Source: Leptospira biflexa (lineage in GTDB: Bacteria; Spirochaetota; Leptospiria; Turneriellales; DYLW01). From it: DNA of 64,000 bases. The position numbers and the translations under genes are program-made. The notes under the pieces are model-generated. The model did not search any database and was not told the DNA's origin. It worked only from the letters and a program-made list of their open reading frames with translations. The stretch covers positions 924 through 64,923 of the forward strand of contig DYOA01000012.1 in NCBI GenBank assembly GCA_020720785.1, in the 5' to 3' direction. Shown here in pieces: positions 44,292-54,610 of the stretch. Every line of letters starts with the position of its first letter. Within the stretch, counting starts at the first letter, position 1.

Positions 44292-45848
44292 ATGTCGCAT
44301 AAAGAAAAAGCACTCTTAACAGGAAATGAAGCAATCGCTCGGGGGGCATGGGAGGGCGGTTGCCAGGCGGCCACTGCGTATCCAGGGACTCCATCCACGG
44401 AAATTCTGGAAAACATATTGAAGTATCCGGATATCCACGCCCAATGGTCTGTGAATGAAAAAGTAGCTCTGGAAGTGGCGGCGGGAACTTCCTACAGCGG
44501 AGTCCGTACCTTGGTTTCTATGAAGCATGTGGGCGTCAATGTGGCTGCCGATCCGCTTTTTACCCTGGCCTATACGGGAGTGAAAGGTGGGCTGGTGCTC
44601 ATCAGTGCGGATGATCCGGGGATGCATTCCTCCCAGAATGAGCAGGATAACCGGCATTATGCCCGGTCAGCAAAAATTCCGATGCTGGAGCCATCGGACA
44701 GCCGGGAAGCCTTGGAATTCACCAAAATGGGATTTGGTATATCGGAAGAATTTGATATACCGGTACTGCTTCGTACCACCACCCGGATCAACCACACCCA
44801 GACGGTGGTGGAGCTGTCCCATCGGGAATCCAATCCCCATACAATAGAATTCGATAAAAACGATCCCAAATATGTGATGCTTCCTGCCTTTGCCATCGCC
44901 CGGAGGGTGTCCTTGGAAGAACGCCTGGGCAAATTGAAAGAATTTTCGGAAAACTTTGCCTATAATTTTGAAGAGATCCAGGAAACGGATATTGGAATCA
45001 TCACCTCCGGAATTTCCTATATGTATGCAATAGAAATTTTTCCGCAGAAATCCATTCTCAAGCTTTCCATGACTTGGCCATTGCCGGAAAAAAAAATCCG
45101 CTCTTTTGCACAGAAAGTGAAACGCCTCCTGGTTTTGGAAGAACTGGATCCCTTTCTGGAAAAAGAGATCCTTTCCATGGGGATTTCCGTGGAAGGGAAA
45201 AGCATTTTCCCGTCGATGGGTGAATTCACTGCAGAAATCATACGGAAATCCTTTTTCCCAACAGAAAAGAGTAAAAGTCCGGAGAAAGTGGTCTCCCGTC
45301 CTCCGGCATTCTGCCCCGGCTGTCCACATGAGCCTGTTTTCATTGTTCTGAGCGAAATGGGACTTCTCGTTATGGGGGACATTGGCTGCTATACCATGGG
45401 GGCTCTGGCTCCGTATAATGCCCTGAACGCCTGCCTGGATATGGGGGCTTCTGTGGGAATGGCCCAGGGGGTTTCCATTGCCCATCAAATTGCCGGGAAA
45501 AAAGAGCCGGTGGTTGCGGTGATTGGGGACAGCACCTTTATCCACTCCGGGATTACCGGACTCATCGATATGGTTTATAATAAACAGAATGCCCTTGTGA
45601 TCATTCTGGATAACCGGACCACAGCTATGACCGGAGCCCAGGAAAATCCCGGAACGGGCAAAATGGCAAATGGCGAGGAAACCTTCCGGGTGGATTTTGA
45701 GCAATTGGCCAGAGCCTGCGGTGTGGAAAGGGTTCATACAGTGAATCCATACAAGAAGGAAATACTGCGGGAAATTATATCCCGGGAAACGCAAACGGAT
45801 GGGGTTTCCGTGATTATCACGGATAAAAAATGCGTTTTAATAAAATAA
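44292..45848 (+). CDS. iorA: Indolepyruvate:ferredoxin oxidoreductase alpha subunit, lacking the C-terminal ferredoxin domain
   Basis: LTGNEAIARG, AYPGTPSTE, SMKHVG, DDPGMHSSQNEQD, RPPAFCPGCPH, GDIGCY and IGDSTF.HSG motifs. Ends ..CVLIK*. Confidence 0.92.
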   Translation: MSHKEKALLTGNEAIARGAWEGGCQAATAYPGTPSTEILENILKYPDIHAQWSVNEKVALEVAAGTSYSGVRTLVSMKHVGVNVAADPLFTLAYTGVKGGLVLISADDPGMHSSQNEQDNRHYARSAKIPMLEPSDSREALEFTKMGFGISEEFDIPVLLRTTTRINHTQTVVELSHRESNPHTIEFDKNDPKYVMLPAFAIARRVSLEERLGKLKEFSENFAYNFEEIQETDIGIITSGISYMYAIEIFPQKSILKLSMTWPLPEKKIRSFAQKVKRLLVLEELDPFLEKEILSMGISVEGKSIFPSMGEFTAEIIRKSFFPTEKSKSPEKVVSRPPAFCPGCPHEPVFIVLSEMGLLVMGDIGCYTMGALAPYNALNACLDMGASVGMAQGVSIAHQIAGKKEPVVAVIGDSTFIHSGITGLIDMVYNKQNALVIILDNRTTAMTGAQENPGTGKMANGEETFRVDFEQLARACGVERVHTVNPYKKEILREIISRETQTDGVSVIITDKKCVLIK

Positions 45849-45858
45849 AAGGTAGATT

Positions 45859-46443
45859 ATGCAGGCAATGAATTTTTTAATGGCAGGGGTGGGGGGTCAG
45901 GGTGTGATCCGCTTTTCCCAGATTCTGGGCGATGTGCTTTTCCATCTGGATTATGATGTAAAAAAAGCGGAAGTGCATGGGATGAGCCAGAGAGGAGGTG
46001 CTGTTAACTCACATCTCAAAGCGGCACCCCGGGTTTATTCCCCCATCATTGAAAATGGTACGGCAGATTTTCTCATTTCCATGGAGCTGCTGGAAACCTA
46101 CCGGAACCGGGATATCATATCGGAAAAAGGGATGGTGATTTCGTCCACGTATACTCTGGAAACAGCCCGGATGGCTGCAGGACTGGATGACTATCCATCG
46201 GATCTAACGGAAAAATTAAAAGAAATATTCCAGGACAGGATTATTCTGATTCCCACTCTGGAGATAGCCAAAGAGCTGGGAAATCTGCGCCTGCATAATA
46301 CCATTTTACTGGGAAAACTTGCCGCAAACATGGCTATTCCCAAGGATAAATGGCTGGCTTCCATAAAGAATATTTTTCCGGAAAAAGTGCATGAGTTAAA
46401 TGAAAAAGCATTTTCTGCCGGTTATCAATACCAGCCGGAATAA
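45859..46443 (+). CDS. iorB: Indolepyruvate:ferredoxin oxidoreductase beta subunit
   Basis: GVGGQG, AEVHGMSQRGGAV, N.ILLG and NEKAF motifs. Confidence 0.93.
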   Translation: MQAMNFLMAGVGGQGVIRFSQILGDVLFHLDYDVKKAEVHGMSQRGGAVNSHLKAAPRVYSPIIENGTADFLISMELLETYRNRDIISEKGMVISSTYTLETARMAAGLDDYPSDLTEKLKEIFQDRIILIPTLEIAKELGNLRLHNTILLGKLAANMAIPKDKWLASIKNIFPEKVHELNEKAFSAGYQYQPE

Positions 46444-46504
46444 AATGCTTGCCGGATTGAGTGGGATAGAATACATATCAAAAACCAAAAGGAGAGGTTC
46501 CATA

Positions 46505-46969
46505 ATGAATAAAATTCGCTTAGCGTTAAGTATGATGTTGTTTCTTTTAGTAGTGTCCGGTATATCTGCCTATAAAAATTCTGATGAAGCCAGAAATGCC
46601 CTGAAAAGTGCGGATGATGCAGAAGTCATCAAAGCCTGTGCATATCTGGGTGAGGAAGAAGAAAAAAAAGCAGTGGATGACCTGCTGAATGTAATAAAAA
46701 ACCATAAAAATCCCAAAGTGAGAATAGCTGCCATTTCTGCTCTTTCCCTGACTGAAGAGAAAGGGAAACCCACCACTGAGCTGAAAAATCTCATCGTTTC
46801 TGAAAAGGACAATACGATTGTTTATGCGGCCATCATTGGGGTTTTCAATCTTCAGGATTTTGAAAACAAGGCGACCAAGGAAGCTCTGGATTACTGTGAT
46901 CAGAATAAAAAAGATGATCCGTACATCACGGATATCGTTGCCAGAATCAAAAAAGCCTTGAAAAAGTAA
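46505..46969 (+). CDS. Exported HEAT-repeat protein
   Basis: ATG 46505 after GGAGAGG, signal peptide, 'KAVDDLLNVI..HKNPKVRIAAISAL' HEAT-like repeats. Confidence 0.75.
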   Translation: MNKIRLALSMMLFLLVVSGISAYKNSDEARNALKSADDAEVIKACAYLGEEEEKKAVDDLLNVIKNHKNPKVRIAAISALSLTEEKGKPTTELKNLIVSEKDNTIVYAAIIGVFNLQDFENKATKEALDYCDQNKKDDPYITDIVARIKKALKK

Positions 46970-46979
46970 TTTTCCGGTT

Positions 46980-47741
46980 TTGGAAGAACAATTCCTGAAT
47001 CTGTTTGAAACCGAAAAATATGCCCGACAACTGCCCCTAATCAAAAAAGAGGGGCAGATTCGTTTAAAAACCGAAAAAATTACTGTGATTGGAGCGGGAG
47101 GGCTGGGGCAGCCACTTTTATTGTATCTTGTAGCGTCCGGCTTTGAAAATATTCAGTTCTTTGAACCGGATATTGTGGAAACCAGTAATCTGAACCGCCA
47201 GTTTTTTTTTCATAAGGAGCACATTGGCCAGAGGAAAGGGGAAATTGTCCGGAAGGCACTTATGGACATAAATCCATCGGCAACCATACTCTGGCAGAAT
47301 GATCGGCTGCATGCACAAAATCTGGAGGAGGCATTGCAGGACTCCGGCTTAGTTCTGGAAACCACGGACAATCCGGAGCTAAAATTTGCGGTGAATGATT
47401 TTTTGCTTCGCAGTCAGATTCCTGGTTTCATTGGTGGGGTGGGCATGGAAAGTGGACATATTGTCCCCATCTATCCGGGCAAGGCCTGCTACCGCTGCAT
47501 ATTCAGGGAACATCTCCGGAATCCGTTTCTATCCCTGCTTCCCCCCATCGCCGGGATTATGGGCAGTATGATGGCGTATCTGTCCATCGCATTCCTTATG
47601 GGGAATCATCGGATTTTTGATAATGCATATTTTCTGCAGAATGGCCGATGGTTTGTGTCCGCTAAAGAATTCAGCGGTTTATGTCCTCATCATTCCGGAA
47701 GGAGTGGTTCACCAGATCCACCAGACGAAAGTCTTCAATAA
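46980..47741 (+). CDS. ThiF/MoeB/HesA-family adenylyltransferase
   Basis: YARQ, IGAGGLG, DIVETSNLNRQ, TTDN and CYRC motifs. TTG start. Confidence 0.85.
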   Translation: MEEQFLNLFETEKYARQLPLIKKEGQIRLKTEKITVIGAGGLGQPLLLYLVASGFENIQFFEPDIVETSNLNRQFFFHKEHIGQRKGEIVRKALMDINPSATILWQNDRLHAQNLEEALQDSGLVLETTDNPELKFAVNDFLLRSQIPGFIGGVGMESGHIVPIYPGKACYRCIFREHLRNPFLSLLPPIAGIMGSMMAYLSIAFLMGNHRIFDNAYFLQNGRWFVSAKEFSGLCPHHSGRSGSPDPPDESLQ

Positions 47742-48528
47742 TGCTCATCGCAGAAAAAATAATTTGTTCCAGAATTTCCGGGATATTTTTACCATTCCAG
47801 CGGTCATAAGCAGCCGGAAACCTCTGGTAGGAAACCTGTAAAATCTGATCCCCACGGTTTCCGGACAAACCGGACACTTCCGATTCCATGGTTTTTGTCA
47901 AACGGTACAGATTCAAACCTCCGGTCTGGAGAATTTTTCTTTCAATGCTGTCCATATCTGATTCCGGCAGGGAGGAAAAATTCTGTAGATAATGGTGGAG
48001 GAAAATGCCCGGTTTCCCCCGGGTATAAAAGCGATCCAGTTCGGAAAGGGTGACAGTCACTTTGGTCCATAGAGATGTTCCCCGGAATAGAATTTCCACA
48101 ATTTCCCGGTACTCATCCAGAAATGCGGTGATGGCTCCGGAAAAATGGCGGATTTCCTGGGGTACAGGGTAAGGGAAAACGCTCTCCGGATATTTCCGGA
48201 TCTTTTCCGAATTGGATTTCATGATTTCTTCAATTTTTTCATGAATTTTACGTCGGTTTTCTTTGTCCAGACGTTCGGCTTCCGCTTTCTGGATAAGCTG
48301 CATGAAAAAGTCCACTTCATGCTTGAAAAACTCCCCCAGGTTGCCTTTTGTCTGCATGACATGGGTGATTCTTTGTTCCAGATCCAGTATGGGAAAATAC
48401 CGGTTTCCGTATTTTGCTGTGGCCTTTTTATAGGAATTCCGGAGTTCCTCCAGATTTTTCAACTGTTCCTGGTATAATTTATCCTTCTTTGCCTGGATGT
48501 TTTCCCTTTGTTTGAACAATTTAATCAT
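47671..48528 (-). CDS. Hypothetical protein (helical/coiled-coil)
   Basis: 285-aa ORF coupled to the upstream M50 gene (8-nt overlap). No motif recognised. Confidence 0.7.
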   Translation of the reverse strand: MIKLFKQRENIQAKKDKLYQEQLKNLEELRNSYKKATAKYGNRYFPILDLEQRITHVMQTKGNLGEFFKHEVDFFMQLIQKAEAERLDKENRRKIHEKIEEIMKSNSEKIRKYPESVFPYPVPQEIRHFSGAITAFLDEYREIVEILFRGTSLWTKVTVTLSELDRFYTRGKPGIFLHHYLQNFSSLPESDMDSIERKILQTGGLNLYRLTKTMESEVSGLSGNRGDQILQVSYQRFPAAYDRWNGKNIPEILEQIIFSAMSIIEDFRLVDLVNHSFRNDEDINR

Positions 48529-49306
48529 GATTTTTTCTTTTTAACTCATAATTTTTTTCCAGATATTCAATAATTTCGGAATTAGGGGAAGGGGGAGAAC
48601 CGGATCCTTCGTACGGAGGGTCATCCTGTGAGAGAGAGCTGCGTAGAATCCGGATGAAAATATAAAGAGACAAGGCAGAGATGAGGACAGCCAGAAGATA
48701 TGCAGTAACATTCCGGAGCAATGGATTCTGGAAGTAGTGGCTGGCCAGAATACCGGCGTCCGTTTCCATGATTCGTCCGGAAAAAAAATCATTCAGATCA
48801 AAAACACCATATAAGGATGTGAGGGAACCAAAAAAGAAAAGAATTCCCCGGTTCAGTCTGTAACTCCAAAAAGAAGAGAATAGCAGGATTCCGCCCAGGA
48901 TAATTCCCAGAATAAACGGAAGAAGGGAGGGCATGCCGGAGAAGTGGATTAAGGGGTAAATGGAAAAGAAAAAAAGAAGGCTGGCAATGAAAACGGACAT
49001 AATCTGGTGGGCTTTGCCGGTGAGTCCGGAATACAGCATTAAGGATCCCCAGAAAATACTGCCAATATAACCGGCAATGGCGATGAGAAAAAAATTTCCC
49101 CCTTTTGCCTGGACATAGCCGCTTTCATTCAGAAAAATCTGAATATTTTCCAGTTTCCCTCCGGTGAGCATCACAGCCATCGCATGTGAGATTTCATGCA
49201 GATACACCACAAAAAGCTTCAGGGGAAACAAAAACGGCGAATTCCAGAAAATGATCAGAAGAACAGAAATGAATATCAATGCTCCGAATTTCAGTTTAGA
49301 AATCAT
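48521..49306 (-). CDS. M50B-like membrane zinc metallopeptidase
   Basis: HEISH (HExxH) + 'LTGG', 'IAGYIGS', 'DL...TDA' and multiple TMs. Confidence 0.87.
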   Translation of the reverse strand: MISKLKFGALIFISVLLIIFWNSPFLFPLKLFVVYLHEISHAMAVMLTGGKLENIQIFLNESGYVQAKGGNFFLIAIAGYIGSIFWGSLMLYSGLTGKAHQIMSVFIASLLFFFSIYPLIHFSGMPSLLPFILGIILGGILLFSSFWSYRLNRGILFFFGSLTSLYGVFDLNDFFSGRIMETDAGILASHYFQNPLLRNVTAYLLAVLISALSLYIFIRILRSSLSQDDPPYEGSGSPPSPNSEIIEYLEKNYELKRKNHD

Positions 49307-49976
49307 TAAATTTATATCCTGCTCCCATACTTATCGACTGTATTGTGGAAATATATTCATAAATATACCGGAGGACTTCCCGCCCTGGTGTTAAATTCAA
49401 GGAAAAGGTGTAGGATATATCCAGAAAAGCATGCCGGGAAACCGGAATGGAGTACGCTGCCTGGAGTCTGGCATAGATATCCACATAGGATGAATATGGC
49501 TCTGCATTGTCTTCATAAACCTGGGGACTCGCATATAAGAGCAGGGGACCAATGCCCAGAGAAAAATTCTCTATGGGGTAATACAGGTACAGAAGGGAGG
49601 TGGTCGCAAAATACTGTTTCCGTTTATCCATCTCAATGGGGATATTATTGACAGAGTAAGAATGCAGAAAATCCATCCCCACATCGGTCTGGAAAAATCC
49701 CACCCCGTTCCAGAGGATGACCGCCGGGATGCGGAATCCGTATAACAACGCGTTCGATTTGGTCTCCATGGGTACAATATTCTCATGCAGAAAGGACAGG
49801 GATGGACGTATGGATACAGATTTCATCTGGAAGGTTTTTGCGGATTTGGCTGTGGTTACCGCCTTGCTTTCTGCCACACTGCTTACCTCGAATGAAGTCA
49901 AAAGAAGCAGGAGCATACAGAAAAGGGTGCTTTTAATGAAGTTTATGGTCATTATCATCCATTTTACCGGAAGCAT
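49296..49976 (-). CDS. Hypothetical outer-membrane beta-barrel-like protein
   Basis: Signal-like segment, alternating amphipathic strands, C-terminal 'GAGYKFNDF'. True start probably downstream of 49976. Confidence 0.55.
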   Translation of the reverse strand: MLPVKWMIMTINFIKSTLFCMLLLLLTSFEVSSVAESKAVTTAKSAKTFQMKSVSIRPSLSFLHENIVPMETKSNALLYGFRIPAVILWNGVGFFQTDVGMDFLHSYSVNNIPIEMDKRKQYFATTSLLYLYYPIENFSLGIGPLLLYASPQVYEDNAEPYSSYVDIYARLQAAYSIPVSRHAFLDISYTFSLNLTPGREVLRYIYEYISTIQSISMGAGYKFNDF

Positions 49977-50796
49977 TTTTTAGAAAGGTTTTTTCCTCTT
50001 TGGAGAGACTGTTCATTCCGTAGCGGTTTATTTTATCCAGAAGGTAATCCACCTTCTCTTCTGTGTACATTTCATTCATGACGGTTTTCTGGCTTTTTTG
50101 CCAGCGTTTCCTCTGCCGGTACATTTTCCAGCGTTTCCATAGATCCCAACCCGGAGAGCCAGTCGTCCGGTAATGATCCGTTTTTTTTATCTTATAGATC
50201 AGGTACAGATAGCCGGCAATCAAACCGCCCAGATGACCAATATGGGAAATACCCGCCCCCTGTTCCATCTGGAGAGTACCCAGCAGAGATACCAGCCCGA
50301 TGATCAGTACCAGGTATTTTATCTTGAGGGGGAAAATCCCAAAAACCAGAACACTGCGGTCCGGCCAATAGATGGCATAGGCCAGAAGAACCCCAAAGAC
50401 AGCTCCGGATGCACCCAGGGTAACGGAATTTGTTTGGGAGGTGATGACCGGCAGGAGGAAAATAAAAAAACCTGCCCCTGTACCGGAAATAAGATAGTAT
50501 TTGATAAAGTTTTTCTTCCCCCAATAAAGCTCCAGTTCGGAACCAAACATCCAGAGGGCAAACATATTAAAAAGAATATGGAAAAAACCGCCATGCAGAA
50601 ACTGGTAGGTGAAAATCTGCCAAACCCAGCCATACTCCAGGACATAGAGAGGCCGCAAGGCAAAGATTGCGGTAAGCGGGTCCATCCGCATCGTGATCTG
50701 AAAAAAGAACTGGAGTAGAAACACCACAACATTGATGATGATGAGAATTTTCACTCCGGGAGTGATGGAAGGCCCCATGGAATATCCGCCGTACAT
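49933..50796 (-). CDS. Rhomboid intramembrane serine protease with a DUF6576-like C-terminal tail
   Basis: WQIFTYQFLH, HILFNM, GASG (Ser), HLGG (His) and the tail 'VDYLLDKI...GMNSLSKEEK.FL'. Confidence 0.93.
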   Translation of the reverse strand: MYGGYSMGPSITPGVKILIIINVVVFLLQFFFQITMRMDPLTAIFALRPLYVLEYGWVWQIFTYQFLHGGFFHILFNMFALWMFGSELELYWGKKNFIKYYLISGTGAGFFIFLLPVITSQTNSVTLGASGAVFGVLLAYAIYWPDRSVLVFGIFPLKIKYLVLIIGLVSLLGTLQMEQGAGISHIGHLGGLIAGYLYLIYKIKKTDHYRTTGSPGWDLWKRWKMYRQRKRWQKSQKTVMNEMYTEEKVDYLLDKINRYGMNSLSKEEKTFLKNASGKMDDNDHKLH

Positions 50797-50825
50797 ATCC
50801 TAATAAAAACCCAAAATTCCCGGCG

Positions 50826-52028
50826 TCAAGGTTTTATTGCCCGGATATACGGATATATTTTTTCAAGAGACATCCGGGGGGAATCCGTTACAAAGGAGAA
50901 TACCATATCCGGTGGCAGGGGATTCCGGGTGGAAATAAACCGGAGGTATTCCATTTTTCCAGAAACGGTATTGTAAAAGGGGCAGACCACCATGGGGATG
51001 ATCACTTTTTCCTGCGGTTGTGGATTGCCCGGTTCCGGAGTGAGGGGAAGTTCCACTCGTGAACATGCGGTTACCAGGGGTGGCCAGAGAATTTTTTTTT
51101 GCCGATGAAGATATCCGTTGATATGGGCCAAAAGCCCATCGGGAGGAATGATGCTGGAAAATACAATCGCTTCCAGGCGGGAGTCTTCTCCCAATGCGTT
51201 TTTTATGAGGTATTCCGGAGTAAACGGCAGGATATGGGCAATGGATTGGTCATGATATTGTACCGTGGATAAATAATTGTAGGCTTCCAATTTCCAGTAC
51301 GCCGGCACTTCTCTCCGGTTGGAATTCTGCTTAAGGTAATTTCCATCATGGACAATGCCGGGCACAGAGGAATGGAATATGCTTTTATCCATGAGGGCTT
51401 TTGCGGAAAGATTGAAAATATGGATATAGATAAACGATAAGACAATTCCAGAAATGAGTATAAGGACTCCCGGTTGGAAACGGAAAAAACCAACCAGAAA
51501 AAATGCGGCCAAATAAAAGACCAATAATACAGAGATAAATATCCGAACATGCGGATAATAAAACAATAAAGCCAACCCCAGAATTAAATGGATTCCGGGA
51601 AGGAACCAGCTCGCCCGATTTGTTTCATTAAAAGATTCCGTAGTGACTGTATAAAAAACCGTAGCATGGATAAAGGAAAAAAGAAAGCAAAGCCATAGAA
51701 AAGAAAACCCCAGCATCCAGAAAGTGATTGCCATATCCGCCAGAAAAATAGCCATCAAAATTCGTCCGGCCAGGAAAAGCCTGGAATCCAGCCATGCGTA
51801 CAACAACCGCTGGAAACCTCTGGAGGAAAAGGGCAGAAAACGGAACAGAAGGCGGTTGCCGTTTTCCGTGGACGCAAATACAAAAAAAGGGGGGATTATC
51901 CTGAACTTTTGTATTCTGTTTCTTGGGTAATCCTCCTTTGCGTTTATATCAGAAAGGAGGAATCCATTAAAAGAGAAGATAGTTTTTTTCCCGTTATTGC
52001 TTCCAGCGTGGAAAACGGGAATTTTCAT
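50826..52028 (-). CDS. Hypothetical multi-pass membrane protein
   Basis: 400-aa ORF with about 5 central hydrophobic segments, 1 nt downstream of serA. Confidence 0.65.
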   Translation of the reverse strand: MKIPVFHAGSNNGKKTIFSFNGFLLSDINAKEDYPRNRIQKFRIIPPFFVFASTENGNRLLFRFLPFSSRGFQRLLYAWLDSRLFLAGRILMAIFLADMAITFWMLGFSFLWLCFLFSFIHATVFYTVTTESFNETNRASWFLPGIHLILGLALLFYYPHVRIFISVLLVFYLAAFFLVGFFRFQPGVLILISGIVLSFIYIHIFNLSAKALMDKSIFHSSVPGIVHDGNYLKQNSNRREVPAYWKLEAYNYLSTVQYHDQSIAHILPFTPEYLIKNALGEDSRLEAIVFSSIIPPDGLLAHINGYLHRQKKILWPPLVTACSRVELPLTPEPGNPQPQEKVIIPMVVCPFYNTVSGKMEYLRFISTRNPLPPDMVFSFVTDSPRMSLEKIYPYIRAIKP

Positions 52029-52029
52029 G

Positions 52030-53613
52030 TCAGAGCTTGATAATCCGGGCGTTCAGGATAAAATCTCTGGCTGAAATCTCCGTAATCATTTCTTCCGTCA
52101 CCGGTTCGTCTGTGGAGATGAAGGTCATGGCCGTTCCTCCTTTTTCATCCCGTAAAAGCCGCAGCTCGGCGATGTTGATTCCAGCATTGCCCAACATATT
52201 TCCCAATTCTCCCACAACCCTGGGTACATCTTTGTTTTGGATAAACAGAAAATTCCCCTCGGGACGGAACTGCACCGGTCTTTGGTTGATCTCAATCACC
52301 AGAGGATCGGAAAGATTCACCGTGGCTTTTATCTGGAGAGGCTGGTTGCCTTCAATATCCAATTTCATGGTGGATTCAGTGGCGGATGATTTTTTTGTTA
52401 TAATATTCAGAACCAATCCTCTTTCCTGGGCATAGCCGGGAGCATTGACCAGATTCACTTCATCTCCCAGAATTGCCTGGAAATATCCCTTCAGAAATGC
52501 ATATTCCAGTGGTTTTAACGATCTTTGGACGATGGGTCCTTCCATCTCCAGGGTAACGGATTTGGGAGTGGAATCCAGAATCTGGGAACTTAATGCTCCC
52601 ATTTTTTCTGAAAGTTCAAACCAGGGGGTCAGGATACTCATATCCGCAGGATCAATGGTGGGGAAATTCAGGGAATTCCGGGCAATGCCTTCTTTGAAAA
52701 ACTGAACCATGGATTGGGCACTTTCTTTGGCCACTTCTGTCTGGGCTTCGTCGGTGGATGCCCCCAGATGCGGGGTGAGGATCACATTGGCATAATTCCG
52801 GAGCTTGGAGCCTTCCACCAGAGGTTCCTTGGAGAAAACATCCAGAGCCGCACCGGCAATAATTCCTTTTTCTATACCGTCCACTATGGCGTCTTCTTCA
52901 TAAATGCCCCCGCGTGCGGCATTGATCAGAAATACCCCTTTCTTCAGATTTTTTATATTCTTCTTGGATACAATTCCTTTGGTCTGATCGGTTAATGGAG
53001 TGTGCACAGTGATAATATCCGCATTTTTCAATATATCATTTTTAGAAACAATGTCAATCTGCAGATGTTCCAGATGTTCTTTGCCAATATAGGGATCATA
53101 ACCCAGAACGTTCATCTGGAGCCCCAGGGCTCTTTTTACCACTTCTTTCCCAATGCGCCCCAGGCCAATGACCCCGATGGTTTTTCCGGTGAGCTGGTTA
53201 CCGTTGAAAAGATTTTTTTCCCACTGTCCGCTTTTCATGGATTGGTCTGCTGCCGGTATTTTACGAACAAGAGAAAAGAGAAGGGCAATGGCATGCTCTG
53301 CTGTGGATATGGAGTTGCCCGCCGGAGCGTTCATGACCACGATTCCTTTCTGGCTGCATGCCGGGATATTGATATTGTCCACACCCACGCCCGCCCGGAT
53401 AATTACTTTCAGTTTTTTGGCTTTGTCGATTAATTCTTCATCGGCCTTGGTGGCGGAGCGGATAATCAGACCATCGTAATCGCCAATGATGCTCAGAATT
53501 TCTTCCCGGGGAGTTTTTTTCCGGATGTCCACTTCAAAAAGTCCGGATTCTTCCAGGATAAGTTTTCCTTCCTCGGATAAATTATCCGATATGAGTATTT
53601 TTTTCTTTGCCAT
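52030..53613 (-). CDS. serA: D-3-phosphoglycerate dehydrogenase
   Basis: RAGVGVDN, GLGRIG, INAARGG, PHLGAST motifs and a C-terminal ACT domain. Confidence 0.96.
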   Translation of the reverse strand: MAKKKILISDNLSEEGKLILEESGLFEVDIRKKTPREEILSIIGDYDGLIIRSATKADEELIDKAKKLKVIIRAGVGVDNINIPACSQKGIVVMNAPAGNSISTAEHAIALLFSLVRKIPAADQSMKSGQWEKNLFNGNQLTGKTIGVIGLGRIGKEVVKRALGLQMNVLGYDPYIGKEHLEHLQIDIVSKNDILKNADIITVHTPLTDQTKGIVSKKNIKNLKKGVFLINAARGGIYEEDAIVDGIEKGIIAGAALDVFSKEPLVEGSKLRNYANVILTPHLGASTDEAQTEVAKESAQSMVQFFKEGIARNSLNFPTIDPADMSILTPWFELSEKMGALSSQILDSTPKSVTLEMEGPIVQRSLKPLEYAFLKGYFQAILGDEVNLVNAPGYAQERGLVLNIITKKSSATESTMKLDIEGNQPLQIKATVNLSDPLVIEINQRPVQFRPEGNFLFIQNKDVPRVVGELGNMLGNAGINIAELRLLRDEKGGTAMTFISTDEPVTEEMITEISARDFILNARIIKL

Positions 53614-53634
53614 AATTTTTTCCTTCCCGGTTTT

Positions 53635-54492
53635 TCAGTGGGTTAATAGCCAGTCTTTTAAATCCCTGAGCACTATTTCTTTCAATTCTGGAAGCTCATT
53701 CATAGTTTCGTGGTACATTCCGTCATAGATATTCAGCTTTTTATCTTTGGACGATATTTTTACATAAAAATCCCTGGAACCCTGGGGATCTGTGAGTGCA
53801 TCTTCTGCCCCATGGAAAACATAGGTGGGAATTTCCACAATGGAAGCCAGACGCAGTACCGCCGGTCCCACTTTGAACATCTGGGTGGCCAATTGGAGGG
53901 ACACCATGGGGTGAACCATGGGATCTTTCAGATAATCATCCACCACTTGTTTATCATGGGAGATTTTTGTGGCGTCCAGTCCGGAGGGGAGGGTCAGAGC
54001 CGGAAGCAGGATGGACAAAAATTCCCCGGCTGTTTTTTTCACTTCCATTTCCAGAGTGGTGGGTATGGTCAGAGCGGCTGCACTGGAGATAAGGGTCTTG
54101 ATTTTCTTCTGTAAAGTGGGCTCCACGGCAAATTTATCTGCGATGAGTCCACCCATGGAATGACCCATCAGATGAATACCGATGCCGGGATTTTCTTTCT
54201 GGGCAATGTCCACCAATTGGGACAGATCATCAATAAAATACTGGAACTGGTCCACATGGCCACGGCGTCCGGGGGTTCTGCCATGTCCTCTCGCGTCCAG
54301 AGCGTAAATGGCTGTCTGGCTGTTTTCCAGGATATTGATGGCATTCATATAGCGGTTGGAGTGTTCTCCAATTCCATGCTGTATCACAAGAATTCGTTTT
54401 ACTGTGCCATTGGGTATCCATTTCTGATAAAATATTTTCTGGCGGTCTTTAACGGATACAAATTCTGTCTGGGTATTCTGGTAGCTACTCAT
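53635..54492 (-). CDS. Lysophospholipase/monoacylglycerol lipase (Hydrolase_4)
   Basis: HGIGEHSNRY, DARGHG, GHSMGG, HGAED and HETMNE motifs. Confidence 0.92.
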   Translation of the reverse strand: MSSYQNTQTEFVSVKDRQKIFYQKWIPNGTVKRILVIQHGIGEHSNRYMNAINILENSQTAIYALDARGHGRTPGRRGHVDQFQYFIDDLSQLVDIAQKENPGIGIHLMGHSMGGLIADKFAVEPTLQKKIKTLISSAAALTIPTTLEMEVKKTAGEFLSILLPALTLPSGLDATKISHDKQVVDDYLKDPMVHPMVSLQLATQMFKVGPAVLRLASIVEIPTYVFHGAEDALTDPQGSRDFYVKISSKDKKLNIYDGMYHETMNELPELKEIVLRDLKDWLLTH

Positions 54493-54610
54493 AATTTCTC
54501 CTTTCCTTTCTAAACCTAAAAAGAGAGTTTACACTATGCGTCATTCAAAATTTTTTCTCCCCGGGAATATCGATGGTTTGACGCTTTGTCTCTGAACTCC
54601 TCTCTGACCC

